64,000 nt of DNA, from positions 4,154,001 to 4,218,000 of the forward strand of contig CM059433.1 of NCBI GenBank assembly GCA_030390025.1. The letters are read 5' to 3'. Position numbers and translations under genes: made by a program. The notes under the pieces were generated by a model. The model was not told the origin of the DNA and searched no databases. It worked only from the letters and a program-made list of their open reading frames with translations. This document shows, one piece after another, positions 35,909 to 46,825 of the stretch (position 1 is the first letter of the stretch; each line of letters starts with the position of its first letter). This DNA comes from Squalus acanthias (lineage: Eukaryota).

Positions 35909-38149
35909 ATTGGTGCTGATAATGCGACCTGTGTTAACAATTCGAGTACCCAGGCCCCTTATAATATGGCACGGAGGAATGAGGCTTACTCCACACCTGT
36001 ACAGGTGAACACAGGGAAATCCAGACGAGAAGCACCGAGCCTGTAGGGAGTCTGTGAACAAACTTTGTGCAAAGGTGCTCATTAAAGCCCCCAAATATTA
36101 TGCTAATCAGGAGACCTTCGCACAACTCACGTAGGAGTGTCTGAGCAGTGCTCCAAACTGCTAAGTGCCTGTTTCAAACGGGTGCTGAAGGGGAGAACCG
36201 CTCGTTGTAGGACCATCCTGACTTCCACGGCCACTTTTCACAAGGCCTCCAGTGGCCAGTTCTTCAGTGGAAACCGTGTCCTGGAAAGCAAAGAGGTGCC
36301 AGCCTTGCGATGCCCCTTCGCTGGCGGCTGGTGCCTAACGCTCCCGCTGCCCATCGACACGGCGCGCCCGGCGCATCATGTGTTGCATACAGGGTTGGCC
36401 TCAAACACACCGAAATGAGATCGGCCTCGTGCTGCCGTGTGAGGTTGGTTCATGCGCTGCGGTGCCTCGGGAGAGACGGCCGGCGCCAGTGGAGCTGCGC
36501 TGGGACAGCGTTACCCACCCCGTTGCTTCACCTCGCGAGTTCATTCAACAACTCAAAGGACACATGGAGCTGCATTTCGAATTTAAGCCGAGGTTCTCTG
36601 AGTACGCACAGGGAGCAGGGAACCTTGCCAGCACTTGTAGGAAAATGGCTGGCGCGCTGCCACAGTTTTTCAATCATCTGGGTGCAACATCAAAGGCGAT
36701 GCACCCACGAGTCTCCACTCCGAGCTGGAGTCAGGCAAGGTTCTTCGGCGCCAGCACATAGTCGGAAAATTACCTCCATAAATCTTATTCTCAGCATAAC
36801 AGAACACGCCTGACTTAGTCACTGCTCCCGAGCTCTCTCAGCCTTTGCTGTGGGGTCATTTATGTGGATGAGTGCAGCACGTTTGCCCCACCGAATGGGG
36901 GAAAACCGGGACGAGTAGATTTGGGCGAGCGAGCTCTTTTTTCACCAGCTAAAGTACACATCCTGTGTCCGGGGTATATATATATTTTTTTAAGAGCAGG
37001 GTGCAATTGTGCTCCTGATGCCATATCCTGATTAAGCCTTTAAAAATATGCTAATCGGCCAGTGGCGGCATTTCCTGTGCGGACACCAGGAATTGGCTGA
37101 AGCTCGGTGAACGCTCATTCAGAAACCAAGGCTGCGGCCTCTTTAAGGGGAGGACCATTATTAGCTATAGGATGGGACTTTGCTGCAATACTTTTCAATA
37201 CATTGTTTTTGTCGTATTTAGTGTTGGTTTTTATTGCAGCCAAGTTTTGGCAATTTATAGACTTAATTGCAGCCCTCCACTCCAGCTGAGGATCGTTGAC
37301 AGCTGCAATTTAAATTGCTCCATGTTCTGAAAATGAGTGTCTTGCCACGTATACATCTCGATGTGCTTGTTGCAGAGGAGGAATGAGACAGCGGCGCATT
37401 TACTCGTATCCCTTCAAACGGAATCAAGCCCCCTCAGGCTTGTGGATATCTTTGTGCTCCTTCTAGGTGCTGTGATTGGGGGGGATCCAAGGTTTCGAGG
37501 GAAAAGACGGGCTAGATGGGCTGAATGGCCTCCCTTATCTGTACTCGGTGATCTCTGTGCAGTTTGCACCTGGACACAACAAAACGTTTCAGAAATAGAA
37601 AGATATTTGCATGAACCAGGCGTTGTACATTGATTATTTCCTATTCTTTATGCATGGGTCAACTTGCTGACTGAATGATTGAACAGGCTGCGGTAGAAAG
37701 ATTTGCAAATTGGCCAATTTCATCGGCAGTAAAAAATTCTAGAGCCTAGAATAATCCTGATTCTAGTACTTTCCCAGGCAGAGGCCTAGGGGGAAAAATT
37801 CGGTTGGTTAGAACCTCCGGGGGATGCTAGCAACTTAGCGCCCGAGCACGGCGATATTAGCGCCGCTTGCGAAATTGACCTGTCGTTTTGCGGCGGCGCT
37901 AAACACTACCGCCACGATCTCCTGCGCCCGCAGATCATGACGTCAGTCAAGCATGCAACGCCCCGGTAGCGCCCCGGACCAGATATTGAGTCGCGCCCCC
38001 TGGCTTAGCGCCTGCCACTAGGAATGACAGGTAGAGGGGAATGTTTTCAAGTCGGGAAGGGGCTGGGGGAGCGCTATTTAAAGGCGGGCGCTTCCTGCCT
38101 TTTCTTGTCGGCAAAATATTTGGTACACACAGGTTGAGAGGGAGAGAGA

Positions 38150-38450
38150 CGTCTGGAGAGATTGAAACAACAACAGAAAACGCTGGAAAAACCCAGCAGG
38201 CCAGGCAACATCCATGGAGAGAGAAACAGAGTTAACGTTTCAGGTCGAAGACCTTTCGTCAGAACTGAGAAAAAAGCAGGAAATGAAACAGATAAAAATG
38301 CAAGGGGGAGGACTGGGGGGAGGAATAACTATGGTAAGTAGAGACATTAAGAGATGCTCAAGGCAAGACGAGATGGTAATGGGACAGGTTAAGTAACAAA
38401 AGGTGGCTCAGAAGTGTGAAGTGTGAAATGCTGGCAGAATGAGAGACAGC
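38150..38450 (-). mobile_element. Penelope-like terminal-repeat fragment
   Basis: Homologous to 44190-44510 and carries a hammerhead core. Confidence 0.75.
38230..38266 (-). ncRNA. Minimal type I hammerhead ribozyme motif
   Basis: Reverse complement reads AGUU-CUGACGA-A-AGGUC-UUC-GACCU-GAAA-CG-UU-AACU, with palindromic ACGU as stem III. Confidence 0.7.
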
Positions 38451-39310
38451 TGAGATTTAACATTTAAGATTTAGGTGAGATTTAACGCTGTCCTAAGGAG
38501 TTTTGGCCCTCAGCACCACTTTTGAGGTTCCTAATCACCGAGCTCTTTCCCTGGGCCTATCCATTACTGCTTCCGACACAATTGCTTTTGAGGTCTCTCC
38601 AGGCCGAGATTCAAGGCTGCAATGAACAGGGTGTGGCTGGCCAGCAAGATGGCCCCTCCCCTTTAAGAACTAGACGGCGCCAGTCTGTCTGGCTTCCATG
38701 GTAACGGACATCGCCTGAGTTTCGGTAGCGTTTTGAGGTAGCGCCTCGCTCCCCGACATTAGCGCCTTAAGAGAGGTGTGTAGCACCTGATTTAGCGCTC
38801 AAATCATCTCCAGGGGCGATAGAGGTGAATTTTGCAGTCGGAGGCGATAATTAGCGCCGGGCGCTAAACTTTGCACCTGGCCGATATTAGCGCCTCAAAA
38901 TGGGCGATACCCAATTTTTCCCCCCTAGAGTTTCCATTAGGATGCGCTGCTTTTTCCATTGCAATTCGCCCGATATCGGCCAAACCAGCGGGAAAAATTG
39001 ACGGAATTTCAAGCGCAAATTACATCCAGATCAAATCGAGTTTCCACCATCTTTTGCCCTGGTTTTAAAAACATCGCACTGGAAGCAGGCCCCGCCCCCA
39101 AAGTTTCCGCTAATTGCGCTCATTTGCGGGCCTTCGAGGAGGCTCTTAAAATTAAGCTGACTCTTTTGGGCGCAAGGACACTAACAGACAAGTTTTAAAA
39201 GCTCTTGGATATTATTTTTTTTTAATTTACTAAGAAACCGACTACTGTGCCCCGATATAACTAGCAAATGTTTTTAAAAGCAATTTTCAGTGATTTAAAA
39301 CCAGGTTACA

Positions 39311-40040
39311 CTGGTAGGACACTGAGAAGTGTAGAGGAACAAAGGGACCTTGGAGTACATGTCCACAGATCCCTGAAGGTAGCAGGACGGGTAGATAAGG
39401 TGGCTAAGAAGGCATACGGGATACTTTCCTTTATTAGCCGAGGCATAGAATATAAGAGCAGGGGGGTTATGCTAGAACTGTATAAAACACTAGTTAGGCC
39501 GCAGCTAGAGTACTCTGTACAGTTCTGGTCACCACATTACAGGAAAGATGTGATTGCACTAGAGTGGGTGCAGAGGAGATTTACGAGGATGTTGCCAGGA
39601 CTGGAGAATTTTAGCTATGAGGAAAGATTGGACAGTCTGGGGTTTTTTCTTTGGAACAGAGGAGGCTGAGGGAGATTTAATTGAGGTGTATAACATTATG
39701 AGGGACCGAGATAGAGTGGATATTTCCCTTAGCAGAAGGGTCAATAACCAGGGGGCATAGATTTAAAGTAATTGGTCGGAAGTTTAGAGGAGAGTTGAGG
39801 AGAATTTTTTTCACCTAGAGGGTGGTGGGGGTCTGGAACTCACTGCCTGAAAGGGTGGTAGAGGCAGAAACCCTCATCACATTTAAAAAGTACTTGGATG
39901 CGCTCTTGAAATGCCGTAACCTACAAGGCTACGGACCAAGAGCTGGATAGTGGGATTAGGCTGGATAGCTCTTTGTTGGCCGGCACGGACAAGATGGGCC
40001 GAATGGCCTCCTTCTGTGCTGTAAATTTCAATGATTCTAT
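39311..40040 (+). mobile_element. 5'-truncated CR1
   Basis: VEEQRDLGVHVH...RPQLEYSVQFWSP plus 3' UTR. Confidence 0.92.
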
Positions 40041-41288
40041 GTTACTTACAGGTGGTGAACTCGACATTTTCAGCTGTATTCATCAAACTGCTCCCAGTTA
40101 CCACTCTTAAATATATCAAGGAATATATTTTAAAGCAAAATATTTTTTTTATTTGAAGTTCTGAACCACTGCCCGATTGCGCTGGTTCAAGGCAGATTTC
40201 ACATTATGTTCGGTGATATGTAAATGAATCTGAGCGGAAACTTGAGGGAAAAAAAAACTTCTCAAAATGGGCGCAGTTTTGAGCGCAATTTGCGCCCGGA
40301 CCGTCGATTGCGCCCAAAGCGGAAACTCTACCCCAAAGTGTTTTGTCAGGATTCAGCTAATCGTGAGCTGCCCCGATATAGTCATTCAGATGCCGGTAAC
40401 ATGCATGCTAACCATTCGTGGCTTGCACAAGAACTGCGAGTCTCCCAACCTCGTTATAATATTTAACTGGCCAGCCCAGTGGTTGGACCCTACTCCCACG
40501 CTGTATGCACGCTTGGCTTGTAATCCGGGAGACCTCAAACATCCTGTCCTGCGCTCCTCCAAGATTGCCCCATGACTCAGTTCTTCCATGCATGTGCAAC
40601 ATGCGATGTGTTCCCTGCATATGGTGGAACAAATCAGCAGGCAGAGAAGGAGAGAGCTAAGTGGGAGGCCAGAGAGAGACTGCGATCATATTCGGGGCTT
40701 ATTTTCTGTAGGCCCACACCTGGGCATGTCGCCAAGAAGTTTGATGCGCAGCAGAGGTCGAGGACAATTGAAAACATTTTTTTTTTAAACTGCCAGATGC
40801 AAGCAAAAGTTAGATCCTGGAAATGCAGCTGGAAGGAGAAGAGGTGGAGGGGTGTTGGAAAGAGCTGGAACATACGAGAAAAGTACTATTAAGAAGCTCA
40901 ATCAAAAGTTGGAAACTTAGCCAGAGCTGATAGGCAATGTCAGAAGCAAAAGCATTCACGGGCAATCCTGGCTTTGTGGAAAATCTCTTTTCTCTGAAAG
41001 CACGTGTCCAGCTGAAAGTCTCAGTGCTAGAAGCTAGAGGATTCACGTCAATCTATTGTCTGCAATTTAGGCATTTCAGACCCAATGTCTGCCTGGATAT
41101 GTTTGCGAATGAAGGTCAGTGAGGACATCGACATCGCATGTTATGCAGACCACCTTGGCTCGTTTGCAATGCATAAGTGCCGCCACTTCCTAAGTCTCCC
41201 TCAGTCAGTGGGTCAGATCAAAGAGAGAATCAGGATTGGACTTCCGCTGCAAGCCAGGCAGGGGCTACAGCTTAACAGTTAACAGTTT

Positions 41289-41718
41289 ACCACCTAGAAG
41301 GACAAGGGCAGCAGGCGCATGGGAACACCACCACCTCCCAGTTCCCCTCCAAGTCACACACCATCCTGACTTGGAAGTATATCGCCGATCCTTCATCGTC
41401 GCTGGGTGAAAATCCTGGAACTCCCTCCCTAACAGCACTGTGGGAGTACCTTCACCACACGGACTGCAGCAGTTCAAGGTGGCGGCTCACCACCAATGTT
41501 CCCTCTAAGCTGTGTGGCCACGCGGCTGCGGAGCGCTCCAGGGGACCCGCGCAGCCGGCTTGCCGGCTTTTCTACGGAAAAACCGTGCATGCGTAGGATT
41601 TTGAAAACATTTACAGGGAACATTAATCACCACCAACTTCTCGAGGGCAATTAGGGAATGGGCAATAAACGCTGGCCTTGCCAGTGACGCCCACATCCCG
41701 TGAATGAATTAAAAAAAA
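41289..41718 (+). mobile_element. LINE 3' tail (family of 2683) with a hAT MITE inside
   Basis: Matches 5695-5980. Confidence 0.85.
41494..41625. mobile_element. 132-bp hAT-type MITE
   Basis: TIRs CAATGTTCCCT and AGGGAACATTA with 8-bp flanks CTCACCAC/ATCACCAC. The host LINE tail is restored on removal. Confidence 0.8.
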
Positions 41719-42116
41719 GTTCAATTGTTGTTTGGCTGAGATGAATCTACCAGCTTCTGGGATCTAAGGGAAAGTTACAAATTATATAAAAAGGCATATG
41801 TTTATCATTTGTAACTTTTGCCTGCAGTTGAAATCTGACTGTGGGATTTTAGCACTTTCCGGTGGGACTTGGCTGCCAGGAATGGAGGGTGATACTAGAC
41901 GGGTTGAAGGAAGAAGGATGAAAGAAGGTTGGCAGTTGCTCCCTGGATTCTCAAGTGTTCACAGTGAAAGAAGTACAGTTACCAGGAGATAGGGCACAGG
42001 CCCTGGCAGTGCTGCCGATGTCCCTTTATGGAGGAGCACTGGTGCCGAAAATAATCTGTAAGCAGCAGCAGGTAGATTGGCTGCAATGGACCAGCACCCT
42101 GCCAAGGCAAAATGGA

Positions 42117-42981
42117 AACAACAACAACAACTTGTACAGGAAACTCTTTATTAACCGGCACCCAAATATCCGGAAATCTCTCTTAACCGGCAAAATTCTT
42201 GAGTAGGTAACCGGGGTTTTCCTTCATCTCTCGTTTAAGATTAACTTTAAAAAAAACCCGAAGCGTTTGCCTTGTATCGGAGCGTGTAGATTGGGAGGGG
42301 AATGTGCAGCCCGGGTAGGCAGCGGACACGACAGATGGTCAGCTGGCGGTCCCCGGAGAGACGGAGCTCCGAATGCAGGCGCATGTCAGTGTGTACGGGG
42401 CTCTCGTACGTTGGGAGATATAACTCTCTGTTATCCGGACTTTTTGATTAACCGGCACCACGCCGGTCCCGTCGGTGCCGGTTAATAAAGAGTTTCCTGT
42501 ATTTATATAGCACCTTTAACATAGTAAAATGCACAGCAGCATTTTAAGACCAAAAAAATTGACACCAAGCCACATAAGGATAAATTAGGGCAGGTGACCA
42601 AAAGCTTGGTCAAAGAGGTAGGTTTTAAGGATCATCTTAAAGGAGGAAAGAGAGGTAGCGAGGCGGAGAGGTTTAGGCAGGGAATTCCAGAGCTTAGGGC
42701 CTAGGCAACAGAAGGCACGGCCACCAATGGTTGAGCGATTATAATCAGGGATGCTCAAGAGGGCAGAATTAGAGTAGCGCAGATATCTCAGGGGGTTGTG
42801 GGGCTGGAGGAGATTACAGAGATAGGGAGGGGCGAGGCCATGGAGGGATTTGAAATCAAGGATGAGAATTTTGAAATCGAGGCGCTGCTTAACCGGGAGC
42901 CAATGTAGGTCAGCGAGCACAGGGGTGATGGGCGAACGGGACTTGGTGTGAGTTAGGACACGGGCAGCCGAGTTTTGGATG
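42117..42981 (-). mobile_element. L2 LINE 3' end
   Basis: ORF 42585..42920 (LHWLPVKQRLDFKIL...GGRAF...LWNSLP...LKTYLF) and a (TTG)n tail. Confidence 0.9.
42137..42499. mobile_element. pogo/Tigger-like MITE
   Basis: Perfect 26-bp TIR CAGGAAACTCTTTATTAACCGGCACC with a TA/TA TSD, inserted in the L2 tail. Confidence 0.93.
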
Positions 42982-43114
42982 CCAGTACCACACCATCTCC
43001 TGTTCCAGAGGTAGACCCCGCTCTTATCTCCACGTGTGGCTCCTCACTGAGCACCTAGCAGAGACTGGGTGGCAGAAGAGAAGAAGAGGCCCCCCGCTTA
43101 CATCTTCCATCCAT

Positions 43115-43555
43115 CTCAGTGGGCAGCACTTTCACCTCTGTGTCAGCAGGTGATGGACTCAAGTCCCACTCCGGGGACTTGAGCACAACATCCCGGCTGA
43201 CACTCCAGCGTAGTACTGAAGGAGTGCTGCACTGTCAGAGGTGCTGTCTTTTGGATGAGACGTTAAACTCTCAGGTGGACGTAAAAGATCCCACGGCACA
43301 ATTCGAAGAAGAGCAGGGGAGTTCTCCCGATTTCCTGACCAAAATTTATCCCTCAAACAACATCATCAAAATAAATGGTCTGGTCATTATCACATTGCTG
43401 TTTGCGAGAGCTTGCTGTGCGCAAATTAACTGCTGCGTTTCGCTACATTACAACAGTGACTACACTTCAAAAACAAAGTACTTCATTGGCAGTAAAGCGC
43501 TTTGGGACAACCTGAGGTCATGAAAGGCGCTATATAAATGCAAGTCTTTCTTTTT
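43115..43555 (+). mobile_element. DeuSINE (older copy)
   Basis: Head, core and tail homology. Confidence 0.85.
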
Positions 43556-44189
43556 TCATCAATTTTTGATACTACGTTTCATAATCTAATCAAATTGGCT
43601 GCAAATTACAGAGTTACACAGGGCCCGATATTGACAGGGGCGGGTTCTGTAAGGAGGGGGAGGGGTTTGGTTGGGAATCCCGTTCCAAGGTTTCCCCGCA
43701 TGCTGTGGAGGTTTAACACCACAAAGTTCCTCTTTTTTTTCTACAGGATCCAAACCTGGAAGTCAGCCTGATTGACAGGCTTGGATCCCTGTCGGGCAGG
43801 GAACGCTCTGGAGCAGGCCACAGCCTGCGTTAGTGGGAACCTGGGGGCGAGGGGTCTGATCCCTGATCCCGGGGGGGCGAGGGGTCCGATCCCCGATCCC
43901 GGGCGGGGGGAGTCCGATCCTCGATCCCAGGGGTCTGATCCCCGATCCCGGGGGGGGGTGGCGAGGGGTCCGACCCCCGATCCCGGGGAGGGGGGGGAGG
44001 GGTCTGATCCCCGATCCCGGGGGGGCAGGGTCCGATCCTCAATCCCGGGGGGTCTGATCCTCGATCCCGGGGGGCATCCAATCCTGGGGTTGGCGGGGGG
44101 GGGGGGTTCGGATCCCCAGTCCCATTTTGACGGGGGGGGTCCGAATGCGGGGGTTGGGGGTTCCGATGGCAGGGAAGAAGGTAAGCTTG

Positions 44190-44646
44190 TACGATAGCAA
44201 AATACTGCAGATGCTGGAAATCCGAAATAACAACAGAAAACGCTGGAAAAACTCAGCAGGCGAGGCAGCATCCGTGGAGAGAGAAACAGAGTTAACATTT
44301 CAGGTCGAGACCTTTCATCAGAACTGGAAACAGCAGGAAATCAAATAGATTTAAGGCAAGGATAAAGCTGGGAAAAGGGGGAGGGGATGAAAGAACAAAA
44401 GGAGAGATTAAGAGACATTAAGAGATATTCAAGGCAAGAGGTGGTGTTAATGTGACAGGTTAAGGCTGAAAGAAGTGTGAAATCCACTGGCAGAATGAAG
44501 GACAGCTGCCAGCTTCTCGGAGGGGGAAAAAAAAGTGGGGGGGGCAAATAAAAGGGTGGATGAAAAAATAAAATATAAATGTGATTGGGGCTAAGGTTAT
44601 GATCTAAAATTGTTGAACTCGATATTGAGTCCAGAGGGCTGTAGCG
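44190..44646 (-). mobile_element. 5'-truncated Penelope-like element (ORF C-terminus + 3' UTR/terminal repeat)
   Basis: The reverse complement of 44597-44644 encodes LQPSGLNIEFNNFRS*, the P-x-GLN end typical of Penelope GIY-YIG domains. 11-bp TSD AGGTAAGCTTG at 44179 and 44647. Confidence 0.82.
44290..44325 (-). ncRNA. Minimal type I hammerhead ribozyme motif
   Basis: Reverse complement reads AGUU-CUGAUGA-A-AGGUC-UC-GACCU-GAAA-UG-UU-AACU. The stem III palindrome is broken by a CpG-type change. Confidence 0.6.
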
Positions 44647-45822
44647 AGGTAAGCTTGGTGGGCTGGCGGGGGGGGGCGGGGGGGAAGCACTCCTGCTCCT
44701 CCAGGCCCACAAGCAGTGCTGCAAAGGCACTTACCTTTGCCCCGAGGCTGTCCCCGCCTCCCTTGAGCTGCCAGGTTAAACCTGTAAGACAGGTTAAATG
44801 TTAACCTTGTTATAATATTTAAATGGCCATCCCGCCTCCTGGGAGCGGGTTGGCTGTCCACCCCCGTACCAGCTCCGTTACTGGGCGGGTTGGAAGCGGG
44901 TTGGGGTCGGGTTTGAGATTTTAACATTTTTTACATCTCACCCGACCCCAACTTACCTGTTTTTGGGTTTTCAAATTACCCCCCATAAAGACTACAGCCC
45001 AGAAACAGGCCATTCGACCCAACTTGTTTATGTCAGTGTTTATGCTCCACACGAGCCTCCTCCCATCGTACTTCATCTCACCCCATCAACACATCCTTCT
45101 ATTCCTGTCTCCCCATGTGTTTATCCAGATTCCCCTTAAATGCATCTATACTATTTGCTTCAACCACTCCCTGTGGTAGCGAGTTCCACATTCTCACCAC
45201 TCTCTGGGTAAAGAAGTTTCTCCTGAATTCCCGATTGGATTTATGAATGACTTCCTTATATTGATGGTCCCTAGTTTTGGTCTCACCTGCAAGTGTAAAC
45301 ATCTTCTCTACGTCTACCCTATCAAACCCTTCCATTATCTTAAAGACCTCTATCAGGTCACCCTCAGCCTTCTCTTTTCTAGTTAAATGAACCCCAGCCT
45401 GTTCAGCCTCTCCTGATAAGTATATCCTCTCAGTTCTGGGATCATCCTTGTCAGTCTTTTTTGCACCTTCTCCAGTGCCTCTATATCATTTAATAATGTG
45501 GAGACTAGAACTGTTCACAGTACTCCAAGTGTGGTCTGACCAAGGTTCTATACAAGTGTAACATAACTTCTCTGCTTTTCAATTCTATCCCTCTAGAAAT
45601 AAACCCCAGTGCTTGGCTTTTTTATGGCCTTGCTAACCTGCGTCGCTACTCTGAGTGATTTGTGTATCTGTACCCTTAGTTCCCTCTGGTCATCTATCCC
45701 ATTTAGACTCATAATCCAAGCAGTATGTGGCCTCCTTATTCTTCCTTCCAAAATGCACCACCTCACGCTTATCTATATTGAAATGAATGCGCCAATTTCA
45801 TGCCCATTCTGCAAGTTTATAA

Positions 45823-46298
45823 GTGTCGGCTGTGGCTCAGTGGGCAGCACCCTCGCCTCTGAGTCAGAAGGTTGTGGGTTCAAGTCTCACTCCAGGGACT
45901 TGAACACATAAAGCTAGGCTGACACTCCAGTGCAGTGCTGAGGGAGTGCTTCACTGTCGGAGGTGCCGTCTTTTGGATGAGATGTTAAACCGAGGCCCCG
46001 TCTGCTCTCTCAGGTGGATGTAAACGATCCCGTGGCACTATTTCGAAGAAGAGCAGGGGGCGTTCTCCCCGGTGTCCCAGGACCAATATTGATCCCTCAA
46101 CCAACATAACAAAAACGGATTATCTGGGTCATTATCATATTGCTGTTTGTGGGAGCTTGCTGTGCGCAAATTGGCTGCCGCGTTTCCCACATTACAACAG
46201 GGACTACACTTCAAAAAGTACTTCATTGGCTGTAAAGCGCTTTGGGACGTCCGGTGGTCGTGAAAGGCGCTGGAGAAATGCAAGTCTTTCTTTCTTTC
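45823..46298 (+). mobile_element. DeuSINE (SacSINE1-like)
   Basis: Full head, core and (CTTT)n tail. Confidence 0.92.
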
Positions 46299-46825
46299 TC
46301 CTATTTTGTTATATTCTTCCTCAGTATTAACTGTGCCCCCCAATTTGGAGTCATCCGCAAATTTTGAAATTGTATTTCTGATTCCCTGGTCCAACTCTTT
46401 AATGTAAATTGTGAACAACAGTGGTCCCAACTTCGATCCCTGTGGACCACCACTTCCTAGCTTTTGCCAGCCTGAGTAACTACCCTTAATCCCCTACTCT
46501 CTGGGGGCGAAAATCATTATTGCCCAGAATGGGCGCTAACTTCGGAAAAGTTTGAGATTTAGCGCCACGCGCTCATGAATCTCGCTGCACGCAAAATTCA
46601 GTGTCACCGCTCAACGAAAGGATGGGAGTGTTACACTGAAAACGCTGATCAATATCTCGCGCAGTCTAATCACAAGTCACCATTGCCACAGGCTCTTTCC
46701 AGTTCTTAAACGGGAGGTTCATTCATGCAGCAGAACCTCATTCTCCGCAATGCTGCCTGTGAACCTGTGTCAGCAAGCAGGAGCAGGCCAAGACCAAGGA
46801 GCCAGACAAACTCAAGCAGATTTCA

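Larger units (their letters stand above)
37789..38924. mobile_element. Harbinger MITE related to the 46503 element
   Basis: TIRs gggggaaaaatt at both ends with a CTA/CTA TSD. The end 'aattcggttggttag' and 'cagatcatgacgtcagt' are shared with the right end of 46503-50476. Confidence 0.85.
37783..40334. mobile_element. Outer Harbinger-type MITE hosting another MITE and a CR1
   Basis: After removing 37789-38927, the left end reads ggcctagagtttcc versus ggggtagagtttcc (rc of the right end). Flanks are AGA/AAA. Confidence 0.7.
43621..44984. mobile_element. Harbinger-type MITE with a G-rich array (about 43840-44160) and a Penelope insertion
   Basis: The right part is homologous to 35690-35880. TIRs are degenerate. 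Repeat unit 'ggggtcYgatccccgatccc(G)n'. Confidence 0.65.

Noticed and set aside
40570..41280. Cluster of short ORFs, possibly an L1/Tx1 remnant or exon
   Set aside because: I could not recognise any diagnostic motif, so it is left unassigned.
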